Part shown: positions 32,641 to 42,777 of the stretch, piece by piece | Layout of the letters: each line of letters starts with the position of its first letter | Position numbering within the stretch: the first letter of the stretch is position 1 | DNA from: a virus | Reading direction: 5' to 3' (one strand) | Virus record (IMG/VR): IMGVR_UViG_3300025519_000001 | Span: 32,001 to 96,000 of that record | Length of the DNA: 64,000 nt | Notes under the pieces: generated by a model | The model's database searches: none | What the model was told of the DNA's origin: nothing | What the model saw: the letters and a program-made list of their open reading frames with translations, nothing else | Translations under genes and position numbers: made by a program

Positions 32641-34717
32641 ACTAAACAACCAAATCATGCAAAAGAAAGATGGTTTTTTTGATCTTGAAAAAGATAAAGA
32701 AGCCGTTAAAGAGTTTATGAAAGAAGTTAAAAAGAAATATGTTTATTTTGATTCAGTAGAACAACGCATTAAATATTTGATTGAAAATAACTTTTATTAT
32801 AATGTACTTGAACAATATACAATTGAACAAATCGAAGAAATTGACAGAATCGTTAAGGGATATAATTTTGAATTTGCATCATACATGGCAGCTTCAAAAT
32901 TCTATAGAGACTATGCCCTAAAAACAAATGATAAAGAAAAATACTTAGAACTGTATGAAGATAGAATTGTGATTTGTGCTCTTTATCTCGGTGGGGGAAA
33001 TTTTGAAAGAGCAAAAAGATTGGCTATTGCCATGATCGAACAACGTCTACAACCAGCAACACCCACGTTTTTAAATGCTGGAAAAGCCCGTCGCGGAGAA
33101 ATGGTTTCTTGTTTCTTGCTTGATATGGATGATTCGTTGAATTCTATTAACCATGTGTTAAACATGTGTATGCAGCTATCAAAAATCGGCGGCGGCGTGG
33201 CGGTCAATTTGTCCAAATTGCGCAGTAGAGGAGAACCAATCAAAGGTGTTGAGGGTGCCGCGAAGGGCATTATGCCAGTGTTGAAGCTAATGGAAGATGC
33301 ATTCTCTTACGCCGACCAGATGGGACAGAGAAAAGGTTCCGGGGCAGGATACTACAATATTTTTGGTTGGGATGTTATTGAATTCCTTGATAGTAAAAAG
33401 ATCAATGCTGACGAAAAGATTCGTCTAAAAACACTTTCGATTGGCCTAATTATTCCAAACAAATTTTACGAGTTGGCAGCACAAGATAAACCGCATGTTG
33501 TCTTTGCTCCATATTCGGTTTATAAAGCTTATGGTGTGCATTTGGATGACATGAATATGGATGAAATGTATGATAAGCTACTCGCTGATGATCGAGTTAA
33601 AAAACGCACAGTTATGAGTGCGCGTGATATGCTAGTTAAAATTGCTACGACACAATTAGAATCTGGTTATCCTTATATTATGAATAAGGATAATGCAAAT
33701 AAAGTTCATGCACTTAAAGATATTGGTACAATTAAAATGTCAAACTTATGTACCGAGATTTTCCAGTTACAGGAAACATCGGAAATTAATGACTTTGGTG
33801 AAGAACATGTAATTCGAAGAGATATTAGCTGTAATTTGGCAAGCTTAAATATTGTAAATGTATTTAATCCAAATGCTCCCGAAAAGTTCAGAGATTCAGT
33901 ACATATTGGAATGGATGCTTTAACTCAAGTTAGTGACATGACATCGATTAAAAATGCTCCATCTGTCAAAAAAGCTAATGAAGAACTACATTCAGTAGGG
34001 TTAGGATTGATGAATCTACATGGCTTCTTTGTGAAAAATCGTATTCCTTATGAAAGCGAAGAAGCAAAAGATTTCGTTCGTACATTTTGTATGATGATGA
34101 ATTATTACTCAATTGAGCGCTCAATGGAAATCGCAAAAGAGCGCGGTGTAACATTTAAGGACTTTGATAAGTCGGAATATGCAAAAGGCACTTATTTTGA
34201 AATGTACCTTAAGGAAGACTTTTCGCCACGTACGGAAAAAATAAGAAAGTTGTTTGAGAATTTCAAAATTCCAACTAAAAAAGATTGGGCAAAATTGGCC
34301 GAAGAAGTAAAACGATATGGTCTGTATCACGCATATCGGTTAGCAATTGCTCCTACACAAAGTATTTCTTACATTCAAAATTCTACTTCAAGCGTAATGC
34401 CAATTGTAGAGCAAATTGAGACAAGGACGTATGGTAATTCAACTACTTATTACCCTATGCCTTTCCTAGATCAATCAAATATTTTCTTCTATAAGTCGGC
34501 TTATAACATGGACATGATGAAAGTTATTGATTTGATTGCGGAAGCTCAACGTCATATCGATCAAGGGATCAGCACTATCCTATATGTAAATAGTGATGTA
34601 AGCACAAGAGACTTAGGTAGATATTATGTATATGCTGCTCACAAAGGACTTAAATCCTTATATTACACAAGAACACGTTTGATCAGCGTAGAAGAATGCA
34701 CTTCATGCGCTGTGTAA
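32627..34717 (+). CDS. nrdE: class Ib ribonucleotide reductase alpha subunit
   Basis: PATPTFLNAG, VSCF, SNLCTEI, C-terminal ECTSCAV. Confidence 0.96.
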   Translation: MKYIELNNQIMQKKDGFFDLEKDKEAVKEFMKEVKKKYVYFDSVEQRIKYLIENNFYYNVLEQYTIEQIEEIDRIVKGYNFEFASYMAASKFYRDYALKTNDKEKYLELYEDRIVICALYLGGGNFERAKRLAIAMIEQRLQPATPTFLNAGKARRGEMVSCFLLDMDDSLNSINHVLNMCMQLSKIGGGVAVNLSKLRSRGEPIKGVEGAAKGIMPVLKLMEDAFSYADQMGQRKGSGAGYYNIFGWDVIEFLDSKKINADEKIRLKTLSIGLIIPNKFYELAAQDKPHVVFAPYSVYKAYGVHLDDMNMDEMYDKLLADDRVKKRTVMSARDMLVKIATTQLESGYPYIMNKDNANKVHALKDIGTIKMSNLCTEIFQLQETSEINDFGEEHVIRRDISCNLASLNIVNVFNPNAPEKFRDSVHIGMDALTQVSDMTSIKNAPSVKKANEELHSVGLGLMNLHGFFVKNRIPYESEEAKDFVRTFCMMMNYYSIERSMEIAKERGVTFKDFDKSEYAKGTYFEMYLKEDFSPRTEKIRKLFENFKIPTKKDWAKLAEEVKRYGLYHAYRLAIAPTQSISYIQNSTSSVMPIVEQIETRTYGNSTTYYPMPFLDQSNIFFYKSAYNMDMMKVIDLIAEAQRHIDQGISTILYVNSDVSTRDLGRYYVYAAHKGLKSLYYTRTRLISVEECTSCAV

Positions 34718-34740
34718 ATAAATAGAAAGAGGGATATAGT

Positions 34741-35703
34741 TTGACAACATTTTCAGCAGTAAATTGGAATACACCAGATGATGATTTTACACAAATGTTT
34801 TGGCAACAAAATATTATGCAGTTTTGGACTGATGAAGAAATTCCACTATCTGATGACAAGATGACGTGGATCGATCTTACTAAAGCTGAACAAGAGGTAT
34901 ATAAGCGAGTATTGGGAGGACTTACGCTTCTTGATACAATTCAAGGCGGAGTGGGTATGCCCAAAATCCTTGAGCATATTGATGGCCTCCAGCGCAAAGC
35001 AGTTTTAGGCTTTATGGGGATGATGGAGCAGATTCACGCCAAATCATATAGTAGTATTTTCACTACATTGGCAACCAAAGAAGAGATCGACGAGATTTTT
35101 GATTGGGTTCATCAAAATAAATATTTGCAAAACAAAGCTAAAATTATTGCGGACTACTATACGAACATTCGCACAAAAAGAGATGTCTATATGGCATTAT
35201 GTGCGTCAGTTCTTTTGGAGAGTTACTTGTTTTATAGTGGATTTTTCTATCCTCTATATCTTTCTGGACAAGGTAAAATGACAAATAGTGGCGAAATAAT
35301 TGATCTAATCTTACGTGATGAAAGCATTCATGGTGTGTATGTTGGTTTACTAGCACAAGAAATTTTTCAATCATTCAACAAACGCACCCAAGAAAGATTA
35401 AAAGTAGAATTATTTGAATTAGTTGATGAATTATATAGCAACGAAATTTTATATACAGATGAATTATACGAGCCTATTGGACTTCAAGAAGAAGTAAAAA
35501 AATATGTAAGATATAATGCTAACAAGGCATTACAAAATCTTGGGTTTGAAAGTTACTTTCCAGAAGAAACAATTAATCCAATTGTTCTAAATGGAATCAA
35601 TACAAACACAAAAAACCATGACTTCTTCTCGAAGAAAGGGAATGGATATGTCCGTAGCACAAACGTAGAAAAAATGCGTGACGAGGATTTCATTTTTGAT
35701 TGA
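34741..35703 (+). CDS. nrdF: class Ib ribonucleotide reductase beta subunit
   Basis: LTLLDT, EQIHAKSYS, RDESIHG, HDFFS. Confidence 0.96.
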   Translation: MTTFSAVNWNTPDDDFTQMFWQQNIMQFWTDEEIPLSDDKMTWIDLTKAEQEVYKRVLGGLTLLDTIQGGVGMPKILEHIDGLQRKAVLGFMGMMEQIHAKSYSSIFTTLATKEEIDEIFDWVHQNKYLQNKAKIIADYYTNIRTKRDVYMALCASVLLESYLFYSGFFYPLYLSGQGKMTNSGEIIDLILRDESIHGVYVGLLAQEIFQSFNKRTQERLKVELFELVDELYSNEILYTDELYEPIGLQEEVKKYVRYNANKALQNLGFESYFPEETINPIVLNGINTNTKNHDFFSKKGNGYVRSTNVEKMRDEDFIFD

Positions 35704-35774
35704 ACATCGAAAAAGATTAAAAATGTAATTGCCAAAACTTTTAACTAAAAAATAAAAAAGGGAGAATGTAGTAT

Positions 35775-36470
35775 ATGAAATTTAAAATCAATCAAAAAGT
35801 ATTCTATACATCTGTAAAAGTGCCAGCAGTAATTAAAGGATTCGAAAAGAACAAGGTATTTATTACATATTTCCCAAAAGGCGAAACAAAACGCACGAAT
35901 AAACTCGTGGAACCTTCGAAATTGAAACCATATCGTAAAATTAAAAATAATTCAAATCGTTATTATTATGCAGTACGTAAATTTCATACCGCATTTAAAC
36001 ATCCAAAATCAAACAAGCCGACGCCAATGGATGCTAATATGGCGATTAAACGAATGTCTTGGACACTTGAAGAAATTGTTGAATTTATCCACGCTTCTTC
36101 CGAATCTAAAGAACAATTTTCAACTTTATTTGAACAATTAATTGTTAATGGACAAAAAACTTATGAAAAATTGCTAAACACACCTTTGCCTGAAAGCGCA
36201 GAGGATAGGCTATTAGCACAAGTAGATGCAGTAGGAGATATTTTGTATTTCAATCAAGGTGACTTTAACATCCTTGGAGTAAAGCCAGATAGAATTTTTG
36301 AAGCGATTCAAGCGGCAAACATGAGAAAGCTTCATGAAGATGGTAAACCAAGATTCCGAGAAGGGGACGGAAAGATCATTAAGCCGGAAGAATGGTATGG
36401 CCCCGAAAAAGATATTCAAAAAGAAATTGAAAGACAAGCTAATGCAGTAAACAAAACTAAAAAGTCTTAA
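35775..36470 (+). CDS. MazG/PRA-PH-like nucleotide pyrophosphohydrolase with N-terminal extension
   Basis: EEIVEF, DAVGDILYF, ANMRKL...GKIIKPEEW. Confidence 0.75.
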   Translation: MKFKINQKVFYTSVKVPAVIKGFEKNKVFITYFPKGETKRTNKLVEPSKLKPYRKIKNNSNRYYYAVRKFHTAFKHPKSNKPTPMDANMAIKRMSWTLEEIVEFIHASSESKEQFSTLFEQLIVNGQKTYEKLLNTPLPESAEDRLLAQVDAVGDILYFNQGDFNILGVKPDRIFEAIQAANMRKLHEDGKPRFREGDGKIIKPEEWYGPEKDIQKEIERQANAVNKTKKS

Positions 36471-36480
36471 AAACAAAAAG

Positions 36481-36508
36481 AGGAGCGTAGTTTAATTCTA
36501 CGCTCCTT
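36481..36508. terminator. bidirectional terminator between convergent genes
   Basis: AGGAGCGTAG-N7-CTACGCTCCT. Confidence 0.7.
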
Positions 36509-36512
36509 GAAA

Positions 36513-36791
36513 TTACGATTCGGCAGTAGCAGCAGCTTCTTGTTGAACTTCAGATTTAGGCTTTCTACCGGGTTTCTTGGTATAATTTCTCTTTTGTGGT
36601 ATGTTAGTAAAGTGTTCTTCAAACATCTTAAGAACGTTTCGATAAACGGCTACGCTAATAGTACGAACGACTGGAGTGGATTCTGGGTTGATAGATTTCT
36701 CAAATTCAATACCTTGTTCTTCGTGCGCTATTAAAGCGTTAAGTTTATCTTGAAAGTCTTTGATTATTTTTTCATCAAAAATTTTTGCCAT
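36513..36791 (-). CDS. hypothetical protein with AT-hook-like KPGRKPK
   Basis: 92-aa ORF with RBS AAGGAAGTG, counter-oriented. Confidence 0.6.
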   Translation of the reverse strand: MAKIFDEKIIKDFQDKLNALIAHEEQGIEFEKSINPESTPVVRTISVAVYRNVLKMFEEHFTNIPQKRNYTKKPGRKPKSEVQQEAAATAES

Positions 36792-36856
36792 TTAATTCAC
36801 TTCCTTGTCTTTATAAGAATTTAAATTCATTATATCATAAAATTTAGGAGAAAAAA

Positions 36857-37642
36857 ATGAATCAAGCAGATAAACAATATTTAGATATTGTAAAAGATAT
36901 TCTTGAGAATGGATATTACGACAATAATCGCACAGGAATTCCGACAAAAAAATTGTTTGGAAAACTATTTCGTTTTGATTTACAAAAAGAATTTCCGATT
37001 CTAACTACGAAATTTGTACCATTTAAAACGCTCGTAAAAGAATTGTTCTGGATTTATGTAATGCAAAGCAATGATGTCCGTGAACTACAAAAAATGGGTG
37101 TTACAGTATGGGATGAATGGATGCAAAATGATGGAACAATCGGAAAAGCTTATGGTTATCAAATAGCAAAATATAAGCAAATAGACAAGTTGATTGAAGG
37201 TTTAAAAAATGATCCTCAATCACGAAGGCACATCATGACTCTTTGGAATTTAGATGACCTTGAAGATATGGCCTTACAACCATGTGCTTTTCAAACCATG
37301 TGGGATGTATCCAATGGTTATCTCAATTGCACTTTAATTCAAAGATCGGGTGATATGGGCTTGGGCGTGCCATTTAATACAGCACAGTATGCTGTACTTG
37401 TACATATGATTGCACAAGTAACCGGATTAAAAGTAGGAGTGTTCAATCACTATATTAATAACGCACATCTTTACGAAAATCATTGGGAGCAAATTAAAAA
37501 ACAATTAGAAAGAGAGCCATTTCCCTCTCCTAAATTGTGGATTAATCCTGAAATTAAAAACTTTTATGATTTTACTATTGATGACATTAAGCTTATCGAT
37601 TATCAGCACCATCCTAAAATTGAGATGGAGGTAGCTGTTTGA
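36857..37642 (+). CDS. thyA: thymidylate synthase
   Basis: [31 protein letters not shown]. Confidence 0.95.
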   Translation: MNQADKQYLDIVKDILENGYYDNNRTGIPTKKLFGKLFRFDLQKEFPILTTKFVPFKTLVKELFWIYVMQSNDVRELQKMGVTVWDEWMQNDGTIGKAYGYQIAKYKQIDKLIEGLKNDPQSRRHIMTLWNLDDLEDMALQPCAFQTMWDVSNGYLNCTLIQRSGDMGLGVPFNTAQYAVLVHMIAQVTGLKVGVFNHYINNAHLYENHWEQIKKQLEREPFPSPKLWINPEIKNFYDFTIDDIKLIDYQHHPKIEMEVAV

Positions 37643-38145
37643 TTTCTATTATTGTAGCGATGGATCGAAATAAATTAATTGGAAACAATGGGCAACTTCC
37701 ATGGCACATTCCAGCCGACTTAAAGTATTTTAAAGAGAAAACTAAAAATAAAATAATTGTTATGGGAAGAAAAACTTATGAGTCAATTAGAAGACCATTG
37801 CCTAATAGAGTCAATGTGGTTATCTCAAAAAATATCGAATTCATAATTAAAAATAAGGATAAGGGGTTATTCGTTTATGATTCAATTGACCAATTTCTAA
37901 AAAGCAATATACATAAAGATCGAGAAGTATATGTGATTGGTGGAGCAAGAATCTACGCTCAATTCTTACAAATAGCTGATAAGCTATTGATTACTCATAT
38001 TGATTACGAGTTTAAGGGGAATACTTACTTCCCTAATTATGATGAGAATGACTTCTCTATTACTTCGTCCATAAAAATAGGCGCAAGCGAAAATGATTCA
38101 AAATACAATCTTACTTTCGCGGAGTACAGCAGAATAAAAAAATAA
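37639..38145 (+). CDS. folA: dihydrofolate reductase
   Basis: [28 protein letters not shown]. Confidence 0.95.
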   Translation: MISIIVAMDRNKLIGNNGQLPWHIPADLKYFKEKTKNKIIVMGRKTYESIRRPLPNRVNVVISKNIEFIIKNKDKGLFVYDSIDQFLKSNIHKDREVYVIGGARIYAQFLQIADKLLITHIDYEFKGNTYFPNYDENDFSITSSIKIGASENDSKYNLTFAEYSRIKK

Positions 38146-38255
38146 AATATAAAAAACACTTGCACAAAAAATAGATTCATGCTAAAATCAATCCTGTCAA
38201 GAACGATACCAAATTGTTCCGACAGGATTTTCTTGTAGTAAGGAGGGAGAATAAT

Positions 38256-38801
38256 ATGTATCAAGCATATGTGGACGCTTCTTTCACACCTCGAAGTTCG
38301 GGATTTGGTTATGCGGTTTTTAAAGACGATATTCTTTTACATATACATAGAGAAAATAGAGTGTCAGTGGATTGCAATTCATTAGAGTACATAGCGGTTT
38401 TGGAACTCATGAAATATATTAATAGAATAAAAATAAATAATGTAACTGTGTTCACAGATAGTTTAAATTTAGTGAGCGAACTAAGAGCTAAAAGAAGAAT
38501 TAGAAATCCAATAATAAATGAAATTTTGTATGAACTCTCGCTTAATCCTACTGTTAAAGTTAAATGGATAGACCGGAGATTGAATGTATTTGCGCATAGT
38601 CTTAGTCAAAATGCTCGAACCATGAATTATAATTTTAGTGATAATATTAAAAAACAACGAAGGCTGCTGAAAACCTGTAAAATATGTAAAGAAAGAAAAC
38701 CAGTCACCCAATTTCCTTCAAATCAACGAAAATGCATTGATTGCTTATCCAAAGTAACTGCGATTAATAGCTCATACTTAAAAACAAAATTACATAAATG
38801 A
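38256..38801 (+). CDS. RNase H-like protein with C-terminal CxxC pair
   Basis: YVDAS, NSLEY, FTDS, WIDRRLN; CKIC/CIDC. Confidence 0.7.
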   Translation: MYQAYVDASFTPRSSGFGYAVFKDDILLHIHRENRVSVDCNSLEYIAVLELMKYINRIKINNVTVFTDSLNLVSELRAKRRIRNPIINEILYELSLNPTVKVKWIDRRLNVFAHSLSQNARTMNYNFSDNIKKQRRLLKTCKICKERKPVTQFPSNQRKCIDCLSKVTAINSSYLKTKLHK

Positions 38802-38802
38802 G

Positions 38803-40310
38803 GTGAAAAATTTTATGAGAAAAAAAGATGAGCGGCTTAGTTATTTAGAAATTAATCATTTTTATTTCAATCGCGTCTTAGAGCCAAACGACAACTATTA
38901 CAATAAAAGAGTCGAGAAAGTATTGTTTCCCTATGACTTAGAAATGGCGCAACTTAAATGGGAATTAAAAAATAAAAAAAAGGAGATACACTAAATGAAT
39001 TATTCTAAAGAAACACTTAAGCTAATAAGTCTTTGCTGGAGTGGTGACGAACCAAGGAACACTAATGTAATCATTGGAACAACGTATTTCGATTTAGAAG
39101 GCAATAAATATAAAATAACGGAAGATACATATAAAGAATTGGTTCGGTATCAAAGCGAATCTTCAAGAAAATTCAAGATTATTCGAAATGGAAACGTCTT
39201 GTGGCTTCAAGGAATGGGTGCATGAAACCATGATTTTGTGAGGTGTTAAAAACTAATGGCAAAGAAAAAATATAGAATACAAAAGGCTCGAATTAAGGAA
39301 GCAGGGAAACTTCTTTCTATTATAACTGGAATTAATTTTGGAATCAGTGGTAGTAGTTATAAAAATGGCATATGGTATTGTAATTTTTATGCTGAACTAG
39401 ATGTTCCACATTGGTTTGATACAACTATTCGTGATACAGCAGAAGAAGAAATAAGGCCATATATTGAAAGGCAATACAAGAAAATTATTGATGCACTCAA
39501 AAGTAAATTTGGAGAAATCGAACATTCTCCATCAGAACATTGGTACAATTTCACTTATTATCTTCCTCCAGAAGGTGTTGCTCAACCTGAAATTTGGGAT
39601 CATGTTAATGGGGTTTTTCAAAAAATAAAAGATGCAAGACTACTAACAGAAAAAGAAATAGAAGAAAATTTGAAGCGATGGGAAGAAATTTGTCAAGATG
39701 AACCAAACAATAGATATTCTTTATTCCATTTAGAACATTTAAGATGGAGTAAAGATAACTGGAAAAAATATTTTAAGTTTGTTGGTGGTTCACCATTTAC
39801 AGATGAATTATTTGTTCAAATTCGTTATGGCGACATGATTAGAATGCGAGGAGAATTTTCGTTTAAAGCTTTTGGTGAATTTGATCTGTTGAAAGAAGAA
39901 TATATGTATTATATTTAAAAATAAAAAAGGGGATTGTATTTCAATTAATAAAAGGAGTAATATTTAAGATGTATTTCTACGAAAAGGAATTAGCGCGAAT
40001 TAAAAATGATTGGGAGAAAACACACCCTGAACGAGTAAAAATATTCTCTCAACAATATTTAGAAAATGGCTTTTCAGATGAAGACACGTGGAATTTAGAT
40101 ATTCATCTTGCAAAACTAATTTACCCTAGACTCGTTCGATTTAAAGAAATAGCTTGTGTTGTTATAGACTGGCCTTTGAATGAGATTATAGAAGCATTTA
40201 GATTAATTGTTGATGAAAATGTAGATTTCTTTAACGAACCCGAAAATTACGAAAAAATAAAGAAAGGACTTAAATTATTTGCAGAGTATTATTTTAAATT
40301 GTGGTGGTGA
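38803..40310 (+). CDS. four hypothetical genes (38803-38994, 38995-39225, 39256-39918, 39969-40310)
   Basis: ORF track and RBS. Confidence 0.55.
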
Positions 40311-40400
40311 TATAAAAAAGTATAGCTAAAAAGGGATGTAATTTAAAATTAAAATTCACCATAAAAGACACGTTTCATATGCTAATATTCAAACTTTAAA

Positions 40401-40443
40401 GTGCGAATCCCAAGCGAACATAAAAACTCTAGGAGATTCGCAC
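40401..40443 (+). promoter_or_regulatory. CRISPR leader inverted repeat (copy 1)
   Basis: GTGCGAATC-N25-GATTCGCAC; near-identical copy at 42500-42542. Confidence 0.7.
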
Positions 40444-40452
40444 CAAATTTAC

Positions 40453-40622
40453 AGGGCGACTCGGCGTCCAAAATCGAGAAAGCATGTGAATTTACATATG
40501 ATTTACCTATTTCACATGCACTCGATAACGTATCTATATTTTAAAATGTGCTTATAGATACGACCATTCTCGTTTTTATAGGAGAATGCACTTTGTGCGA
40601 ATAAATATGCACACTTTTTGCT
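40453..40622 (+). ncRNA. putative Cas12f tracrRNA 1
   Basis: Stem ATCGAG/CTCGAT, two further hairpins, anti-repeat CACTTTGTGCGAAT at 40589-40602; parallels 42560-42745. Confidence 0.7.
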
Positions 40623-40835
40623 GTTGCAATTCGCACATGCACATAAAGTGTGAGAAGGGAGACTAAGGCTAAAGTCTTTGCTAGGCTAGTTGCAATTCGC
40701 ACATGCACATAAAGTGTGAGAATGGGAGAATGTAGATCGTGACTCTGCCTTATAGTTGCAATTCGCACATGCACATAAAGTGTGAGCTAGATCGACTATA
40801 TATGCGGAGCTTAAAAATTATTGCAATTCGCACAT
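40623..40835 (+). CRISPR. CRISPR array: three identical 32-bp repeats GTTGCAATTCGCACATGCACATAAAGTGTGAG plus a partial fourth; spacers of 34, 34, 33 bp
   Basis: Repeats 40623-40654, 40689-40720, 40755-40786, partial 40820-40835. Confidence 0.95.
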
Positions 40836-40867
40836 ATATAATGTTAAAATAATGAGGGGTTTTATAT

Positions 40868-42478
40868 ATGCCTAAAAAAGAAAAAGATGATAATAAGATT
40901 GTGAAAATTGTAAAAGTAGAGATTGATAGGATTGTTGGAATAAAAGAAGATCATTTTAATGTTATAGCAAAAAAACTTCAAAGCGAATCTCTTGATATGC
41001 GAAATCAATTTATCGCAGAGTTATGGAAGTGGAATAATTTTGAAGATGACTATAAAACAAGATACTACTCTAATCCAGATACAAAGGAATATTTATTTAA
41101 TAAAAAGAAAGGGAGTCCATATGGATCAATAAGGGGGTATGCTGAGGACGTAGTGAAAGAAAATAAAATATCGTATTCTGGTATAATTAGTGCAAACACA
41201 AATAAAGCTCTTAGTAGATGGAATAAATTCTTAAAAGATCGCGAAAACTATAGAGAAGGAAAATATCCAGCAATACCATGTTTTACAAGACCAGAAATTC
41301 TATTTCGTGCTTCTGATACAGAGATAATTAAGAAAGATGCAAAATATGAATGCAAATTACCTTTACTTGGTAGAGATGGAGTTAAAATTGCTGATCTTCT
41401 AGTTAAAAAATATGAAGAAGAAAAACGCACTGAAAAACTAAGAAGAGAAGAATTAAAAAAAGAATATAAGAATCTTGAAGAAAAAGGCGTAGAAATAACC
41501 AAAGAAATTAAAGATAAACTGTGGATTAAAGTTAAAAATAAAATTAAAGAAAAGAGTGAAGAAGAACTTAAAAATGATGAACCGATTATCACCTCTAGTA
41601 GCTATCAAGCTATTTTGAAACTATCTGATACATATGATAATACAACAATCATAAACAGAATTATTAATGGCGAATATAAAATGGGTGAAAGCAGTTTACG
41701 AAAATTAAAAAACAAATGGATACTATTTATCACATACAGTTTTGAAAAGCAGTCAAAGGGGCTTGATCCAAATATAATTTTGGGTGTAGATATAGGAGTT
41801 AATGATCCAGCACATATGATAGTTTATGATTCCAATAATAAAAAATGGGGGAAAAAGAAATGGATTGATGGTAAAGAAATCGAAGCGTTTCGTAAGAAAC
41901 GTGATGTTATGAAGAGATCAATACAAAAACAAGCTGCTTATTGTGGAGAAGGAAGAAGAGGACATGGGAGGAAAACAAGAATGAATGCGGTTGAAAAGAT
42001 TGATGGAATGATTAAGAGATTTAAAAATACATGCAACCATAAATATTCTAGATTTATTGTTGATTTTGCTTTAAAAAACAATTGTGGAGTAATTCAGATG
42101 GAAAACTTATCAGGAATTGCTGATGGAGAAAAGAAAGCAACATTCTTGGGTGATTGGACTTTTTATGATTTGCAACAAAAAATAAAATATAAAGCTGATG
42201 AAGTTGGAATTAAAGTTATATTTATTAAACCAAATCACACGTCTGCAAGGTGTAGTAATTGTGGTTTCATTCATGATAATAAATTAAAAGATATTTGGAG
42301 ACCAGAAACAAAACAATTCAAATGTATGAAGTGTGACTATGGACATAGGCGATTTGTCCACGCAGATGATAATGCAGCTAGGAATATTTCGCTTCCAGAT
42401 ATCGAAAATATTATCGAAGAACAACTAGACCTCCAAAACAAAGAAGCAAAACATGCATTAAAGTATATTGCAGAATAA
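40868..42478 (+). CDS. cas12f: Cas12f1 (type V-F) RNA-guided nuclease, 536 aa
   Basis: Colinear with AsCas12f1 as recalled (GHGRK, NHKYSRFIVD, WTFYDLQQKI.YKA); RuvC D (GVDIG), E (QMENL), D (HADDNAARNI); Zn finger CSNC/CMKC; adjacent CRISPR array. Confidence 0.9.
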   Translation: MPKKEKDDNKIVKIVKVEIDRIVGIKEDHFNVIAKKLQSESLDMRNQFIAELWKWNNFEDDYKTRYYSNPDTKEYLFNKKKGSPYGSIRGYAEDVVKENKISYSGIISANTNKALSRWNKFLKDRENYREGKYPAIPCFTRPEILFRASDTEIIKKDAKYECKLPLLGRDGVKIADLLVKKYEEEKRTEKLRREELKKEYKNLEEKGVEITKEIKDKLWIKVKNKIKEKSEEELKNDEPIITSSSYQAILKLSDTYDNTTIINRIINGEYKMGESSLRKLKNKWILFITYSFEKQSKGLDPNIILGVDIGVNDPAHMIVYDSNNKKWGKKKWIDGKEIEAFRKKRDVMKRSIQKQAAYCGEGRRGHGRKTRMNAVEKIDGMIKRFKNTCNHKYSRFIVDFALKNNCGVIQMENLSGIADGEKKATFLGDWTFYDLQQKIKYKADEVGIKVIFIKPNHTSARCSNCGFIHDNKLKDIWRPETKQFKCMKCDYGHRRFVHADDNAARNISLPDIENIIEEQLDLQNKEAKHALKYIAE

Positions 42479-42499
42479 ACTTTTTATACATTCTCTCTG

Positions 42500-42542
42500 G
42501 TGCGAATCCCAAGTTCACATAAAATCCCTAGAAGATTCGCAC
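42500..42542 (+). promoter_or_regulatory. CRISPR leader inverted repeat (copy 2)
   Basis: GTGCGAATC-N25-GATTCGCAC. Confidence 0.7.
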
Positions 42543-42559
42543 TTCTAATAAACATTAAG

Positions 42560-42745
42560 GGGCGACTCGGTAGAATGGAACATCTTAGTCAGTCATCCGT
42601 CCTAAATCGAGATAGTGCGGTTATACATATTTAACTTAACCGTTCACACTCGATAAGGTATCCCGAAAGGGTGAAACCCTACTCACAAAATCCGAGTAGG
42701 CACTTCATACAGAATATTTATGTATATTTATTCACACTTTCCGCA
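42560..42745 (+). ncRNA. putative Cas12f tracrRNA 2
   Basis: CTCGATAAGGTATCCCGAAAGGGTGAAACCCTACTCACAAAATCCGAGTAGGCACTTCATAC resembles the AsCas12f1 tracrRNA core; anti-repeat at 42701-42710. Confidence 0.75.
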
Positions 42746-42777
42746 GTTGCAATTTATATGTACGTATGAAGTGTGAG
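42746..42777 (+). CRISPR. single variant repeat GTTGCAATTTATATGTACGTATGAAGTGTGAG followed by a putative guide
   Basis: 32 bp, same first 9 and last 9 nt as array repeat, divergent centre. Confidence 0.8.

Noticed and set aside
35757-35771. Self-target of spacer 2 (14/15 match AAAGGGAGAATGTAG)
   Set aside because: The match is confined to an RBS-like segment, has a seed mismatch and no T-rich PAM; likely chance
40868-42478. Nuclease-dead Cas12f/TldR-type regulator or ordinary TnpB
   Set aside because: All three RuvC acidic residues are present, no sigma-factor gene is adjacent, no IS ends are seen, and a true repeat-spacer array is present
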